From: Octopus sinensis
Taxonomy: Eukaryota
Assembly (NCBI RefSeq): GCF_006345805.1
Contig: NC_043000.1
Span: 77,252,001-77,316,000 of the forward strand
Length of the DNA: 64,000 bases
Reading direction: 5' to 3'
A program made the translations under genes and the position numbers. Of this stretch, positions 1-10,681 are shown piece after piece; position 1 is the first letter of the stretch; each line of letters starts with the position of its first letter. The notes under the pieces were generated by a model. The model ran no database searches and had not been told where the DNA came from. It was given only the letters and a program-made list of their open reading frames with translations.

Positions 1-715
1 TATTACCGATTGGCCGTCGTCCCTTGTCCCGACCGCTGGTTGGCCAAGCTGGTGCGATTGCTCTTCAACTTTCTGTGGAAGATACCATTGGTCAGGCGCT
101 ACATCTGCTGTCAACAACCGCTGAACGGAGGCCTTGGCATGCCGTGGTTGCTGATGCGCAGACATGCGCTCAGGCTGCAGCATCTCAAGCTTTTTCTGGA
201 CGGTGAGCAGGTGTGGTCGTCAGACTCGACTTTCCGCAGCTCGTCTCTTTGACCGAGCTGCAATCTTGGATCAGACGTAGACCGAGAAAGGGCGCTTGGC
301 ACCACGAGTGCAGTCAAGCTCTCACAGCCCTCCACCAGGCGGGTTAAATGCGGTCGGTAGTAGTTCCACTCTAGCGTTCTATAGAGGGTTAGTTGAGGAA
401 AAGTGCGACAACGTTCTCGAGGAAACTCTAGGCGTCGATGATAATCAGCTAAACAGATTGTTCGTAAGAACTTTCGGGCCGAGCCCATGGATAACTTCCA
501 AAGGTCCCTCGCCTGACAGCGCTGCTTGCTCCAGATAAACTCTACCGGTACGGAAGTGCCGTCAGCCGGGCCTGCTCGAAGTGTACTCAGAGCGACGAAA
601 CCGTTCTGCATGCGCTCGTCCAGTGTCCGAGTATTGCTGATCTGTAGGTTTATGTCGAACAGTTACTGTCGCGTGTAGGACGAATCCGGCTATCATCTGA
701 ATCCATAGTGAAGAG
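1..715 (+). mobile_element. Tx1-clade (L1 superfamily) LINE, decayed 3' ORF2 fragment
   Basis: Translates to YYRLAVVPCPDRWLAKLVRLLFNFLWK..., closely matching ORF2 of the long copies (cf. 7198-7930). It is frameshifted, internally deleted and cut off by a SINE at ~716. Confidence 0.9.
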
Positions 716-910
716 GAGCTGGCGGCAGAGGGGAGCTGGCAGCATCGTTTGCACGTCGGGCGAAATGCTTAGTGGCATTTCATCTGTCTTTAAGCTTTGA
801 AATCTAATTCTACTGAGGTTGACTTTACCTTTCATCCTTTCGGAGTCGATGAAATAAGTACCAGTTGAACACTGAGGTCGATGTAATTGATTCATCCCCT
901 CCGCCCAAAA
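716..910 (-). mobile_element. SINE-type interspersed repeat
   Basis: Reverse complement contains ...tcgacctcagtgttcaactggtacttatttcatcgactccgaaaggatgaaaggtaaagtcaacctc..., the same family as 50402-51915, 52040-52287 and 56715-56897. Confidence 0.75.
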
Positions 911-938
911 GCTCTCATCATCATCATCATCATCATCA

Positions 939-979
<41 letters not shown>

Positions 980-1005
980 GTTATCATCATCATCATTGCT
1001 TTTGC

Positions 1006-1594
1006 ACAGCTTCTAACGCTGGAGATGTATTACGGTGTTAGCTGTTCACTACCAGTGAACTAAGGTAACACCTCTTATTTTTCGAGAACCTTCGGGAGTA
1101 TTCGAGCGGTTCCAAGCAGTGCTGTTTTATACGAGAGCCCCTTACTGCGGCCCCCATTTGTTCCATGTACTTCTCAAGATTTTTACTCATGGTTCCTAGG
1201 GCTCCGACAATTATTGGTACTACTACCACCTTTTTCATCGACCACAACTGGTTGACCTCCCAAGCTAACCTGTCATATCTATCGACTTTTCCTTCTTCCT
1301 TATTGCATACCTTGTTGTCAGTTGGACATGCTATATCTATGATCCAGCAAAGTTTGCTTTCTTTCTCAATTAAGACAATGTCTGGCTTCCTATTTTCTAT
1401 CTCATGGTCGCACTGAATGATAAAATCCCGTAGGATCTTTACATTATCATTTTCGATGATGCCTTCGGGATTGTGGTCGTACCAATTTTTTGCTCTGTCA
1501 AGTCCATACTTGTGGCAAAGTATCCAATAGACAAGCCTTGCTATACTGTCGTGGCGTCTCTTATATTCCTTCTGGGCTGGTGGTGTACATTGAC

Positions 1595-1598
<4 letters not shown>
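1006..1598 (-). mobile_element. R4/Dong-like LINE, 5'-truncated 3' fragment (RLE domain and 3' UTR)
   Basis: Minus-strand translation IQCDHEIENRKPDIVLIEKESKLCWIIDIACP...WSMKKVVVVPIIVGALG is a PD-(D/E)xK restriction-like endonuclease. It ends in (TGA/TAA)n. Same subfamily as 23978-25168. Confidence 0.8.
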
Positions 1599-1664
<66 letters not shown>

Positions 1665-1810
1665 GCATCGAAAAATACCTTAGGAATGAGAACCCAGGTT
1701 CGAAATTTCCCCAAGACACCTGATGAAGTCTGGCGGGTATATCAGCCGAAACGTTGTGTTAACAACAAACAAGATGAGGACGAATATCCGTCAAATGTAA
1801 ATAATGAAAA
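1598..1810 (+). mobile_element. (AAT)n plus 3' tail of the hammerhead-containing SINE family (head absent)
   Basis: atcgaaaaataccttaggaatgagaacccaggttcgaaatttccccaagacacctgatgaag...ccgtcaaatgtaaataatg matches the tails of the tRNA-headed copies at 59333-60024. Confidence 0.75.
1715..1760 (+). ncRNA. Candidate minimal type-I hammerhead ribozyme
   Basis: Stem I GACAC/GTGTT, core CTGATGA(A), stem II GTCTGG/TCAGCC (1 mismatch), then GAAAC-GTT with palindromic AACGTT replacing stem III. Predicted cleavage after 1755. Confidence 0.55.
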
Positions 1811-2149
1811 TAATGGAAATTTTTTATGTTCGCTGCTCTCACACGTCTTTGCCAATATATACACAGTGAAGCTTTACTATAGCGTCGTAAATTTATGAAC
1901 TGCTATTTCCAGTAAACATAGGTACCTTGTTGTACCACTTCTTTCTCTCTCTCTCTCTCTACACACACATATATATATATAAACATACATACACACACAT
2001 CCACACGAATATATATTTGTTCAGGTACATAGAGACACACACTCACTCACCTCCAACAGAAATATTTAATCCCGGATAACAAATATTTATACGTCTCGGG
2101 GATTTATAACAAATTTAGAGAACAAAGAAACGGATGGAGAAGGGTTTTA

Positions 2150-2640
2150 AATGATTAAAAGATATTTTGACGACGATGATGATGTTAATTGTGGTTGTGG
2201 TGGTGGTGGTGGTTGTGATGATGGTGGTGATGGTGGTGATGGTGGTGATGGTGGTGGTGGTGGTGCTAGTGGTAATAGTGGAGATGATAAAGAGGATAGT
2301 AATGGCGATGGGGTAGTGGTTTTAGTGATGATGATGTTGATGGGGATGAAGTTCATGATGATGTTGATGGGGATGAAGTTCATGATGGTGATGATGGCGG
2401 TGATAGTGTTGTCGTTTTTGTTGATGATGATGATGAAGATCGTGATATCGACATAGATGATGATGTCAGTGTTACTGCTGCTGCTGCTGATGATGATGAT
2501 GATGACAACGACGAAGATTATAATGATGATGATGGTGGTGGTGGTGGTGGTGGTGTTGGTGACGTCATAATGATGGTGATAATGATGGTGTTGATGATGG
2601 TGGTAGTGGGGCATATGATGATGCTGATGATGATGGTAAT
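2150..2640. repeat. Compound (GAT)/(GGT) trinucleotide low-complexity tract
   Basis: Runs of gat/ggt/gct, with one internal 27-bp duplication (gatgatgttgatggggatgaagttcat). Confidence 0.9.
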
Positions 2641-2771
2641 AGTGATAGAGTTGGTTAAAGTATCCGTCGAATGCTGTAGTCCATATAATTGACCGTTCCT
2701 CTTGCCCGAATTTCTGGCCTTATTTATATGTTTGAAATTATTATTATTGGTGTGTTGTTGTTGTTTTTTGT

Positions 2772-2828
2772 TTTTGTCCCTTTATGTAATCATGCGTGTC
2801 AGCCCTTGTGGCCAATAAAAAAGAATTG
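2772..2828 (+). mobile_element. Tx1 3'-terminal stub (~57 bp)
   Basis: tgtccctttatgtaatcatgcgtgtcagcccttgtggccaataaaaaagaattg matches the 3' end of copy A (8438-8492) and is followed by (ATT)n. Confidence 0.85.
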
Positions 2829-2959
2829 TTATTATTATTATTATTATATTTATATTATTATTATTATTATTACATTATTATTATTATCATTATTATTATT
2901 TATTGAACATTATTATTATTCTTATTATTATTATTATGATTAACAAATTATTATTATGT

Positions 2960-4500
2960 AAACACCCACTTCACGCCTTAAAAGGCAACAAAGATCCTCC
3001 TTCCGAACCGAGAGCACGCGCTCGGTTCAAAAGGAGAATGCAAGCCAGGACGTCGCGTTCGACGTAATTCTCGATTTTCCCCCTCTGCCTTCACCCAATG
3101 CTTTGGTACGGAAGGAGGAGGAAAAAAAAAACAATACAAAAATCATCACAAACATTGACACGGAGATAAAAGAAAAAACTTCCAACAATTTTGCTTCTGC
3201 TGCGAAGCAAATTTCGGAGGAAGTTAAGATAACTCTAGAAGATGTGAAAAGAGCGAAGGAGTTGTTGAGGAAGGATGGCAATGGCATCTTCCTCAATACT
3301 CCACAAGAGGTGATTGAAAGCACCAACAAGAAAACAATAATACAAAGTTTTCGACAGAAAACTAAAAAGAATAACAAATGCCACACCCCAACAGTTGGAG
3401 ATAGCTCTAAAGCCCATTTGGGCCCAAAAGAGCTACGTAACCAAGGGGAAGCGTTTTGGAACCGTGGAGGTTCGCTTCCCAACAGAGGAGCTTGCAAGGG
3501 CGAACGCCATTTCGCCCTTGCAAACTGAGAATTTGTTACTAGTTCCGACCCACCTCGGGCGAAGAGTAACAAAAATAAAAATCGGCCCCCCCCCCCCCCT
3601 GAGCTAGATATGTCATGGCTGGTGGCAGCTGTCCTCTATGATATAGAGGACACTACCACCATTCTAGATGTCAGGAGAGTGAGGGCGAAAAACTGGTTGG
3701 GGATGGGAGTGCTGCTTCTTGCGCAAATTCAGCAAGACATATAAGTAAAGTCCCTGATTTCGTAAGTTTGCCGGACGGCACCAGGCTAAACGTTGCTGTG
3801 GAGGGGCGAAAGCCAAAATGTTTTCTCTGCAGCAGCGAAAGCCACTTAAAGAGGGACTGTCCCATTCACAAAAAGAGGATGGAGGCTTTCAGCAAGAGGC
3901 AGCAGCAACAACAACAACACAACAACAACAACACCAAGCAACAACCACACAACAGAAACAACAAAAACAGCAAGAAACACCAAAGGCTGCCACACCACCA
4001 ACACCAGCACCAAGACGAACAACACCACCTCCAACAACAACAACCACCACCAAACCAACACCGACAACCACCACCAAACCAACACCGACACCAGTACCTC
4101 GAAGGTCGACAGCAGCGACATCAACAGTAACAGGAGCAGCGGCACCACCGATACCGGCGGAACCAAAAACTTTTCGTCCTGCTACTGAAGCAGACCCCTC
4201 AACCATTCCTTTGCCGGATGAAGAGATCTCGGATTGTGCGAGCTCTGATTCCAACAAAGGAGAATGGACATAGTGCCTCCAAAAAAGAAAAGGAGGAAAA
4301 AAAAAAGATTACAGGGGAAGCACGAACAAATAGTACTTCCCAACATCAACAACAACATCAACAACAACACACACTCACAACAACAAAACAACAACAACAC
4401 TTTCGACACCACTACTGCCACTACCACAGACACAAACAAACACAGACACAATTACAGACACGATTACAGCAGTGAATACAAGAAACCAGGAACTGGTTGA
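2960..4500 (+). pseudogene. Tx1 ORF1 (gag-like nucleic-acid chaperone), frameshifted, N-terminus missing
   Basis: Frames join FEIALKPIW...RFGTVEVRFPTEE (RRM-like), CFLCSSESHLKRDC (CX2CX4HX4C) and a Q/T/P-rich tail with GEW.IVPPKKKRRKK. At least some frameshifts fall in A and C runs (e.g. the C run at 3585-3599). Confidence 0.8.
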
Positions 4501-4779
4501 GTATTTGAAAAAAAACAAGCACAAACATTACAGATTTCATAACCTACACACAACACACCACCAGCACACATTCTCACAATAAAAATAAACAAAACAGTTT
4601 ACAACGAAATAAAACAAATATTCCCTAACGATGTGGGATCGTTAGGGAAAAGTTTCTCTCAGAAACTTTACAAAATATTATTGAAGCACCCGTGCAAAAG
4701 CACAAGGGAGCCACCCCCACCACCAACAACAGTAAGTAGAGCCTTTTTCTCCTTTTTTTTTTTCCCTAACTTTTGAAAC

Positions 4780-7700
4780 ATGGCAAATCTTAGAATCGGT
4801 TGCTTGAATGTGAGAGGCCTCGGGTCACCTTGGAAACAGGGTCACCTGTTAAACGACCTGAGGTTTCATGATGTGGATGTAGCAGCCATCAGTGAAACCA
4901 GGCTCTCCGACCCGCAGGAACTCGCAGCCCTTTTCGGCGGATACGAGATATTTCTATCTCCGTGTCGGCCGGGAGCGGGCGGTGGTGGTACTGCGGTGTT
5001 GTTTCGGAAGGGCCTGGACCTGAAAATAAGGACAGTCTTCTTGGATCCGGAAGGTAAGTTGGTGGTCCTCGACGTCGACGGTAGTGACGGCGGTGCTTTC
5101 AGACTGCTGGCTGCCTACGCTCCGACAGGAGCAGGGCAGTCGGATTATTTCAAACGTCTGGAAGTTTTCCTGGGAACGTCACGCACTCTAGTACTAGTTG
5201 GGGATTGGAACGCTGTCTTAGACGAACGTTTCGATCGGGTGGGCAGGGGAGCGTCTGATAGGAGAGGGGGAGGGTGCAAGAGCCTCGCCAACCTACTCGG
5301 CCGCTTTCAGCTGTCCGACAGGTTTCGACTAGACAACCCGAATGTGCCAATGTGGACTTGGACAAACCGCATCGGGTCGTCTAGATCGTACTTAGATAGA
5401 GTGTTTTGTAGGCCAGCGGATAAGGACAGCGTAGGGTGTCCACAATTCCACCTAGTCGAATATACGGACCACAAATTAGTGATCTGTACGGTCGACTTAG
5501 ATAGGCTACATAGACAGGGACCCGGCTACTGGAAGCTGAACGCGTCGTTAACGGCGTGCAAAGCTTACAGAGACCGGATTAGTTTACTAGTTAAGCGGGC
5601 GCTCACGGGGGCAATCATCAACAACAACTGGTGGTTTGCCCTCAAGAGAGCAATTAGAGTAGAGTCGATTAGGTATAGTAAGACTCTAGCTATTGAACGT
5701 AGGAAGAGAGAGCGGGATTTAGTTAAGAAACTAGACGAGGCTCTTGACACTGGCATCGCGACCGACGTGTTGGCGGCAAGGTTGGCCCTCGACCAACACT
5801 TCGACGCCAAACACGAAGGCTGCGTTGTCAGAGCTAAGGCACGTTCGCTAAGCGGGGAGGGGACTAGAGCCGCTCGATGGGCCCGCGTGGCGGAGGCGAA
5901 GCGAGGCAACAGAGCAACCATTCGGTCTTTGGTGGACCAGAACGGGCGCGAGGTTACCCAACCGAAGCAGATGTGTACGGTGCTTCAGCGGCACTTTGCT
6001 CAACTGTTGGGACGAGCGGTGGAACGGACACCAACGGTACAGACTTCGGTGTGTACCTGGACGGACTGCCGCAACTCTCGGACAGCGAGGCAGAGTGCTG
6101 CGAAGGACCGATATCTGCCTGGGAAGTACAGGAAGCGATGAAGAGTTGCACGAGAGGTAGATCGCCGGGTTTGGATGGTCTGCCCTACGAGCTTTACTTT
6201 TCAATGCCAGACTTGTTTGCGGACCTGTTGGCAAACGTCTACTGCAACTGGCAGCAAAACGGGAGAATTCCTGCTTTTGTCTGTCGAGGGGTGGTGGCTT
6301 TGCTAAAGAAGGACCCAAACAAGGGGGACGTTATAGGGAATTTCCGGCCCATCACTCTGCTCAATGCAGAGTTGAAGATTTTGGCCAAGGTGCTAGCCAA
6401 GAGATTGGCGCTTGTCGTGGACAAGCTGGTCGGCGAGACGCAGACATGCGCCGTGCCGACCAGGTCGATACACGACAACCTCCATCTCATGCGCTACATC
6501 ATAGAGAGGGTGGGTAACGACGCTGGCGCGGGTGGGGCTTTGATCAACTTGGATCAGAGTAAAGCCTTCGATAGGGTCGACCATCGGTACCTGGCAGCTG
6601 TCCTCAGGCAGCCGGCTTCGGTCCAGTCTTCCGCGGGTGGATCGCTGCTTTATACAGCAACATCTGCTCGGTGATACGGGTGAACGGTCACCTTTCGGAA
6701 CCGTTCGACATCTCGCGTTCGGTCCGCCAAGGATGCCCTCTCTCCTCCCTCTTGTACATTTTGACTCTCGAGCCATTACTGCGCAAGTTGGAGGCTTTGA
6801 GGGGTATCCCGCGCGATCTAGGAGGCGGAAACAGCGTGTCTGCTTATGCCGACGACGTCACCGTGGTGGTGTCGAGCCACAGGCACATTGGCCTGATTGG
6901 CGAGACGCTAAACCAGTACGAAGCGGTGACAGGGGCAAAGATTAACGCGGAAAAGTCTGTGGGCTTGCAACTGGGCACCTGGAGAGGCAAGCCCATGCCG
7001 TCCAACAGCGTCGTAGGGCGCTGGACAGACGGACCCGTTAAACTGCTCGGGTCTGGTTCGGTCCGGACCTCCAGGTGGATAAGAACTGGGAAGAGGTGAC
7101 GAGCAGGGTGGCACGTCTCACCCAGAAATGGGCCGAGAGGAAGCTGTCCCTGAAAGGTCGAGCGGAGGTGGCGAATGCGTACATCGCATCCGTCATCTAT
7201 TACCGCTTGACCGTCGTCCCTTGTCCCGACCGCTGGTTGGCCAAGCTGGTACGCCTGCTCTTCGACTTTTTGTGGAAGGGTCAGGTGCCACTGGTCAGGC
7301 GATCCATCTGCTGTCAACGACCGCTGAACGGAGGCCTTGGAATGCCGTGGTTGCTGTTGCGCAGACATGCGCTCAGGCTGCGGCATCTCAAGCGCTTCCT
7401 AGACGGTGAACAGGTGTGGTCGTCTTTTGTCAGACGCGATTTTCCGCAGCTCGTCTCTTTGACGGAGCTGCAGACCTGGATCAAACGTAGACCGAGAAAG
7501 GGCGCTTGGCACCTCGAGTGCCGTCAAGCCCTCTCCGCCCTCCGCCAGGCGGGCAATGCGGTCGGTTACAGCTCCACTCTAGCGTTCTATAGAGGGTTAG
7601 TGGAGGAAAAATGCGACGACGTTCTCGGGGAAACTCTAGGCGTTGAAGATGACGAACTGTGCGGTCTGTTCGGGAGGACTTTCGGGCCGGGGCCGATGGA

Positions 7701-8211
7701 TAATTTCCAGAGGTCTCTCGCTTGGCAGTGCTACCGAGGGGCTCTGCCTGTTCGAGATAAACTCTACCGGCACGGAAGTGCCGTCAGCCGGGCCTGCCCG
7801 AGGTGTTGCCAGGACGACGAAACCGTTCTGCACGCACTCGTTCAGTGCCCGAGTATTGCTGAAATATGGGTTTATGTCGAACAGCTACTGTCACGTGTAG
7901 GACGGATCCGACTATCGGCCGAATCCATAGTGAAGATTGCCCCGCCGACCTCCTTTAACAAGGAGGGCGAGGCCGTTTTCTTGTGCCTAGTGGCTGTGGC
8001 GAAAGAGGTCGTGTGGTGGACTCGTTTGAAAGGGCTAAAGACAGACACTTTCCTCTTTGGTCAAGGCCTCATCAACTTTTTCAAGTTTCACTTGAAAAGG
8101 AAGATGAGGTTAGAGAGGAAAGTGCTGTCCGATAGCAAGTTTTATGAAAGGTGGGTGAATTGTGCGAGACTGGCCTGTATAAATGGACCAGTTCTCAGGT
8201 TTCGCCTGTGA
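4780..8211 (+). CDS. Tx1 ORF2: APE endonuclease, reverse transcriptase and C-terminal CCHC (three -1 frameshifts as assembled)
   Basis: APE motifs LNVRGL, ISETR, VGDWNAV, SYLDRVF, TDHK. RT motifs LDQSKAFDRVDH, QGCPLS, YADD. C-terminal CPRCCQDDETVLHALVQC. Restoring one base each at ~6008, ~6607 and ~7050 gives 1144 codons with no internal stop. Confidence 0.92.
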
Positions 8212-8727
8212 TTTCAAAGAAAAAGGTAATGTAAAAGGAGAAGAAAGGGGACTCTCTACACCCCCTTTTTTTGACCAGGCTCCCGTTGGCTTTTGTAGGG
8301 TTTTTTCCACCAGGAACCTTTCGAAACGTCTCCCCCTTTTGGGAGTTTTTCATTGTTGAATTTTATAAGTTGTTATAAAGATTTTTACTCGATGTTTTTA
8401 AAAAACGGCAAAACCCTTTGTAACCTTTCGTCCTGTCTTGTCCCTTTATGTAATCATGCGTGTCAGCCCTTGTGGCCAATAAAAAAGAATTGATTATTAT
8501 TATTATTCCTTCTCGAGAGGACGGACGTGTGTAAAGCTGCTCCGTAAGTTTTCTGCCAATTTGATTGGAAATTTCTGTAAAAGTTTTTATATTTTTCGAT
8601 ATTTATGTGGCCAAGCCAACTACCTTCTAGCGGAGCTTGTTGGCTCGGCAAAATTTTACCCCATTGGGGGTAAAATTACTGTTTGAACTATACAATTGCA
8701 AAAATTTTACAAACATTTAAAAACAAA

Positions 8728-10407
8728 ATGGCTATGAAGAGACCAGTCGGCTGTTCCCTTATACCATCAATACCCCCTCTACAAACACACACATCACCAA
8801 ACACGGTTCCAAACCGCCCACTTCGCGCCATAAAAGGCAACAAAAATTTTCCTTTCGAAGCAGTAAGCACGTGCAGCGTTCGAAAGGAGAAAGAAAATAA
8901 GGACGTCACTTTCGACGTCATTGAAGATTTCCCTCCTCTTCCCTCCACCAATGCTCCGTTACCGGAGAAGGAGGGAAGAAAAAGCGTTCCAAATAAAAGT
9001 GACAACGATGGCGTCACCTTTGACGTCATCGAAGATTTTCCTTCTCTTCCCTCCACCAGTGCTCCAGTACCGGAGAAGGAGGGAAAGAAAATGACCAGCA
9101 ACCACACTGACACCACCACCAGCAACAACAGTGAAAGCCTTCGTAGCAATTTCGCCTCCATTGCAAAACAAATCTCGGAGGAAGTAAACATTACGATGGA
9201 GGAAATCAAAAGCGCAAAGGATTTGTTGAGGAAAGAGGGGAACAGTGTTTTCCTCAATACACCTCAACAACTCATACATGACACTAACAAAAAGACAATA
9301 TTTTACAAGGTTTTCGACAGAAAAAACAAAAAAACTAATTAACGCAACACCACAGCAATTTGAAATAGCTCTAAAGCCCATATGGGGCAAAAAGAGCTAT
9401 GTCACCAGAGGAAAGCGTTTCGGAACCGTGGAGGTTCGTTTCCCAACAGAGGAGGATGCAAGGGAACATGCCATTTCGCCCTTGCAAAATGAAAATTTGT
9501 TACTCGTTCCAACGTACCTCGGGCGGAGAGTAACGAAAATAAAAATCGACCTAGTCCCCCCCGAACTAAATATATCATGGTTGGTGGCGGCTGTCATCTA
9601 TGACATAGAGGACACTGCCACTATTCTGGATGTACGGAGAGTGAGGAAAAAAACTTGTCAGGTATGGGAGTTCAACTGCTGGTACAAATCCAGCAGGAAA
9701 ACATTAATGCCATACCTGACTCGGTAAATTTTCCGGACGGCACCAGGCTGCACGTTGCTGTGGGGGGGGGGCGAAAGCCAAAATGCTACCTCTGCAGGAG
9801 TGAAAGCCACCTTAAAAGGGACTGCTCCATTTACAAAAAAAGAATGGAGGCAGACGACAAGAGAGCAGCAGCAACAACAACAACAGAAACAACAACAGCA
9901 CGAAACACCACCAACACCATCACCACCACCACGACGAACGACACCACCTCCAACAACCACCAAACCAACACCAACCCCAACACCAAGAAAAACAACAACA
10001 AAAAAGGAAGAAGAATCACCGACACCGTTACCATCATCAACAGATACAGCAACACCACCGCTACCAGCAGAACCAACAATTTTTCGCCCTGCTGCTGAAG
10101 CGGACCCGACAGCCATCCCCTTTCCGGATCAGGACAGCTCGGATTGTGCGAGCACAGATGCCGAGAAAGGTGAATGGCACACAGTGCCTTCGAAGAAGAA
10201 GAGGAGGAAGAAGCAAAAAGAAGACACACAGGGGAAGCACAAACAAATAGGGCTTCCCAACATCAACAACAACAACAACAGCACACACTCACAACAACAA
10301 ACACCAACACTTTCGACACCACTACTGCCACTGCCACACACACCAACACACACAGACACGATTACAGCCATAAACACAAAAAAATGAAAAACTGGTTTCA
10401 TATATAA
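8728..10407 (+). pseudogene. Tx1 ORF1, copy B
   Basis: MAMKRPV..., duplicated VTFDVIEDFPxLPST repeat, RRM-like region, CYLCRSESHLKRDC knuckle, T/P-rich tail and KGEWHTVPSKKKRRKK. Frameshifts at A runs (~9325, ~9650) and a G run (~9765). Stop position uncertain. Confidence 0.8.
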
Positions 10408-10681
10408 AAGACAACACAAGCACAAACATTACAGATTTCATAATACCTACACACAACACTCCACCAGCACACATTCTCACCATTAAAATTAACCAAAAGA
10501 CATACAGTGACATAAAACAGAAATTCCCTAACGATGTCGGATCGCTAGGGAGAAGTTTCTCAAAGAAACTTTATAAAAATATTGTGGAAACACCCGTGCA
10601 AAAGCACAAGGGAGCCACCCCCACCACCAACAACAGTAAGTAGAGCCTTTTTCTCCTTTTATTTTTTGTCACCTTTGAAAC

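Larger units (their letters stand above)
2960..8492 (+). mobile_element. Tx1-clade LINE copy A, 5'-truncated within ORF1
   Basis: ORF1 remnants (RRM-like region and CCHC knuckle), ~280-nt spacer, APE-RT-zinc ORF2, and a 3' UTR with AATAAA (8478-8483) followed by (ATT)n. Confidence 0.95.

Noticed and set aside
8608-8700. HDV-like ribozyme in the Tx1 5' UTR (P1 gccaagc/gcttgtt, L3-like ttctagc, following GG)
   Set aside because: P3 has only 2 bp and no convincing P2 partner was found. Kept only as a structured-leader finding.
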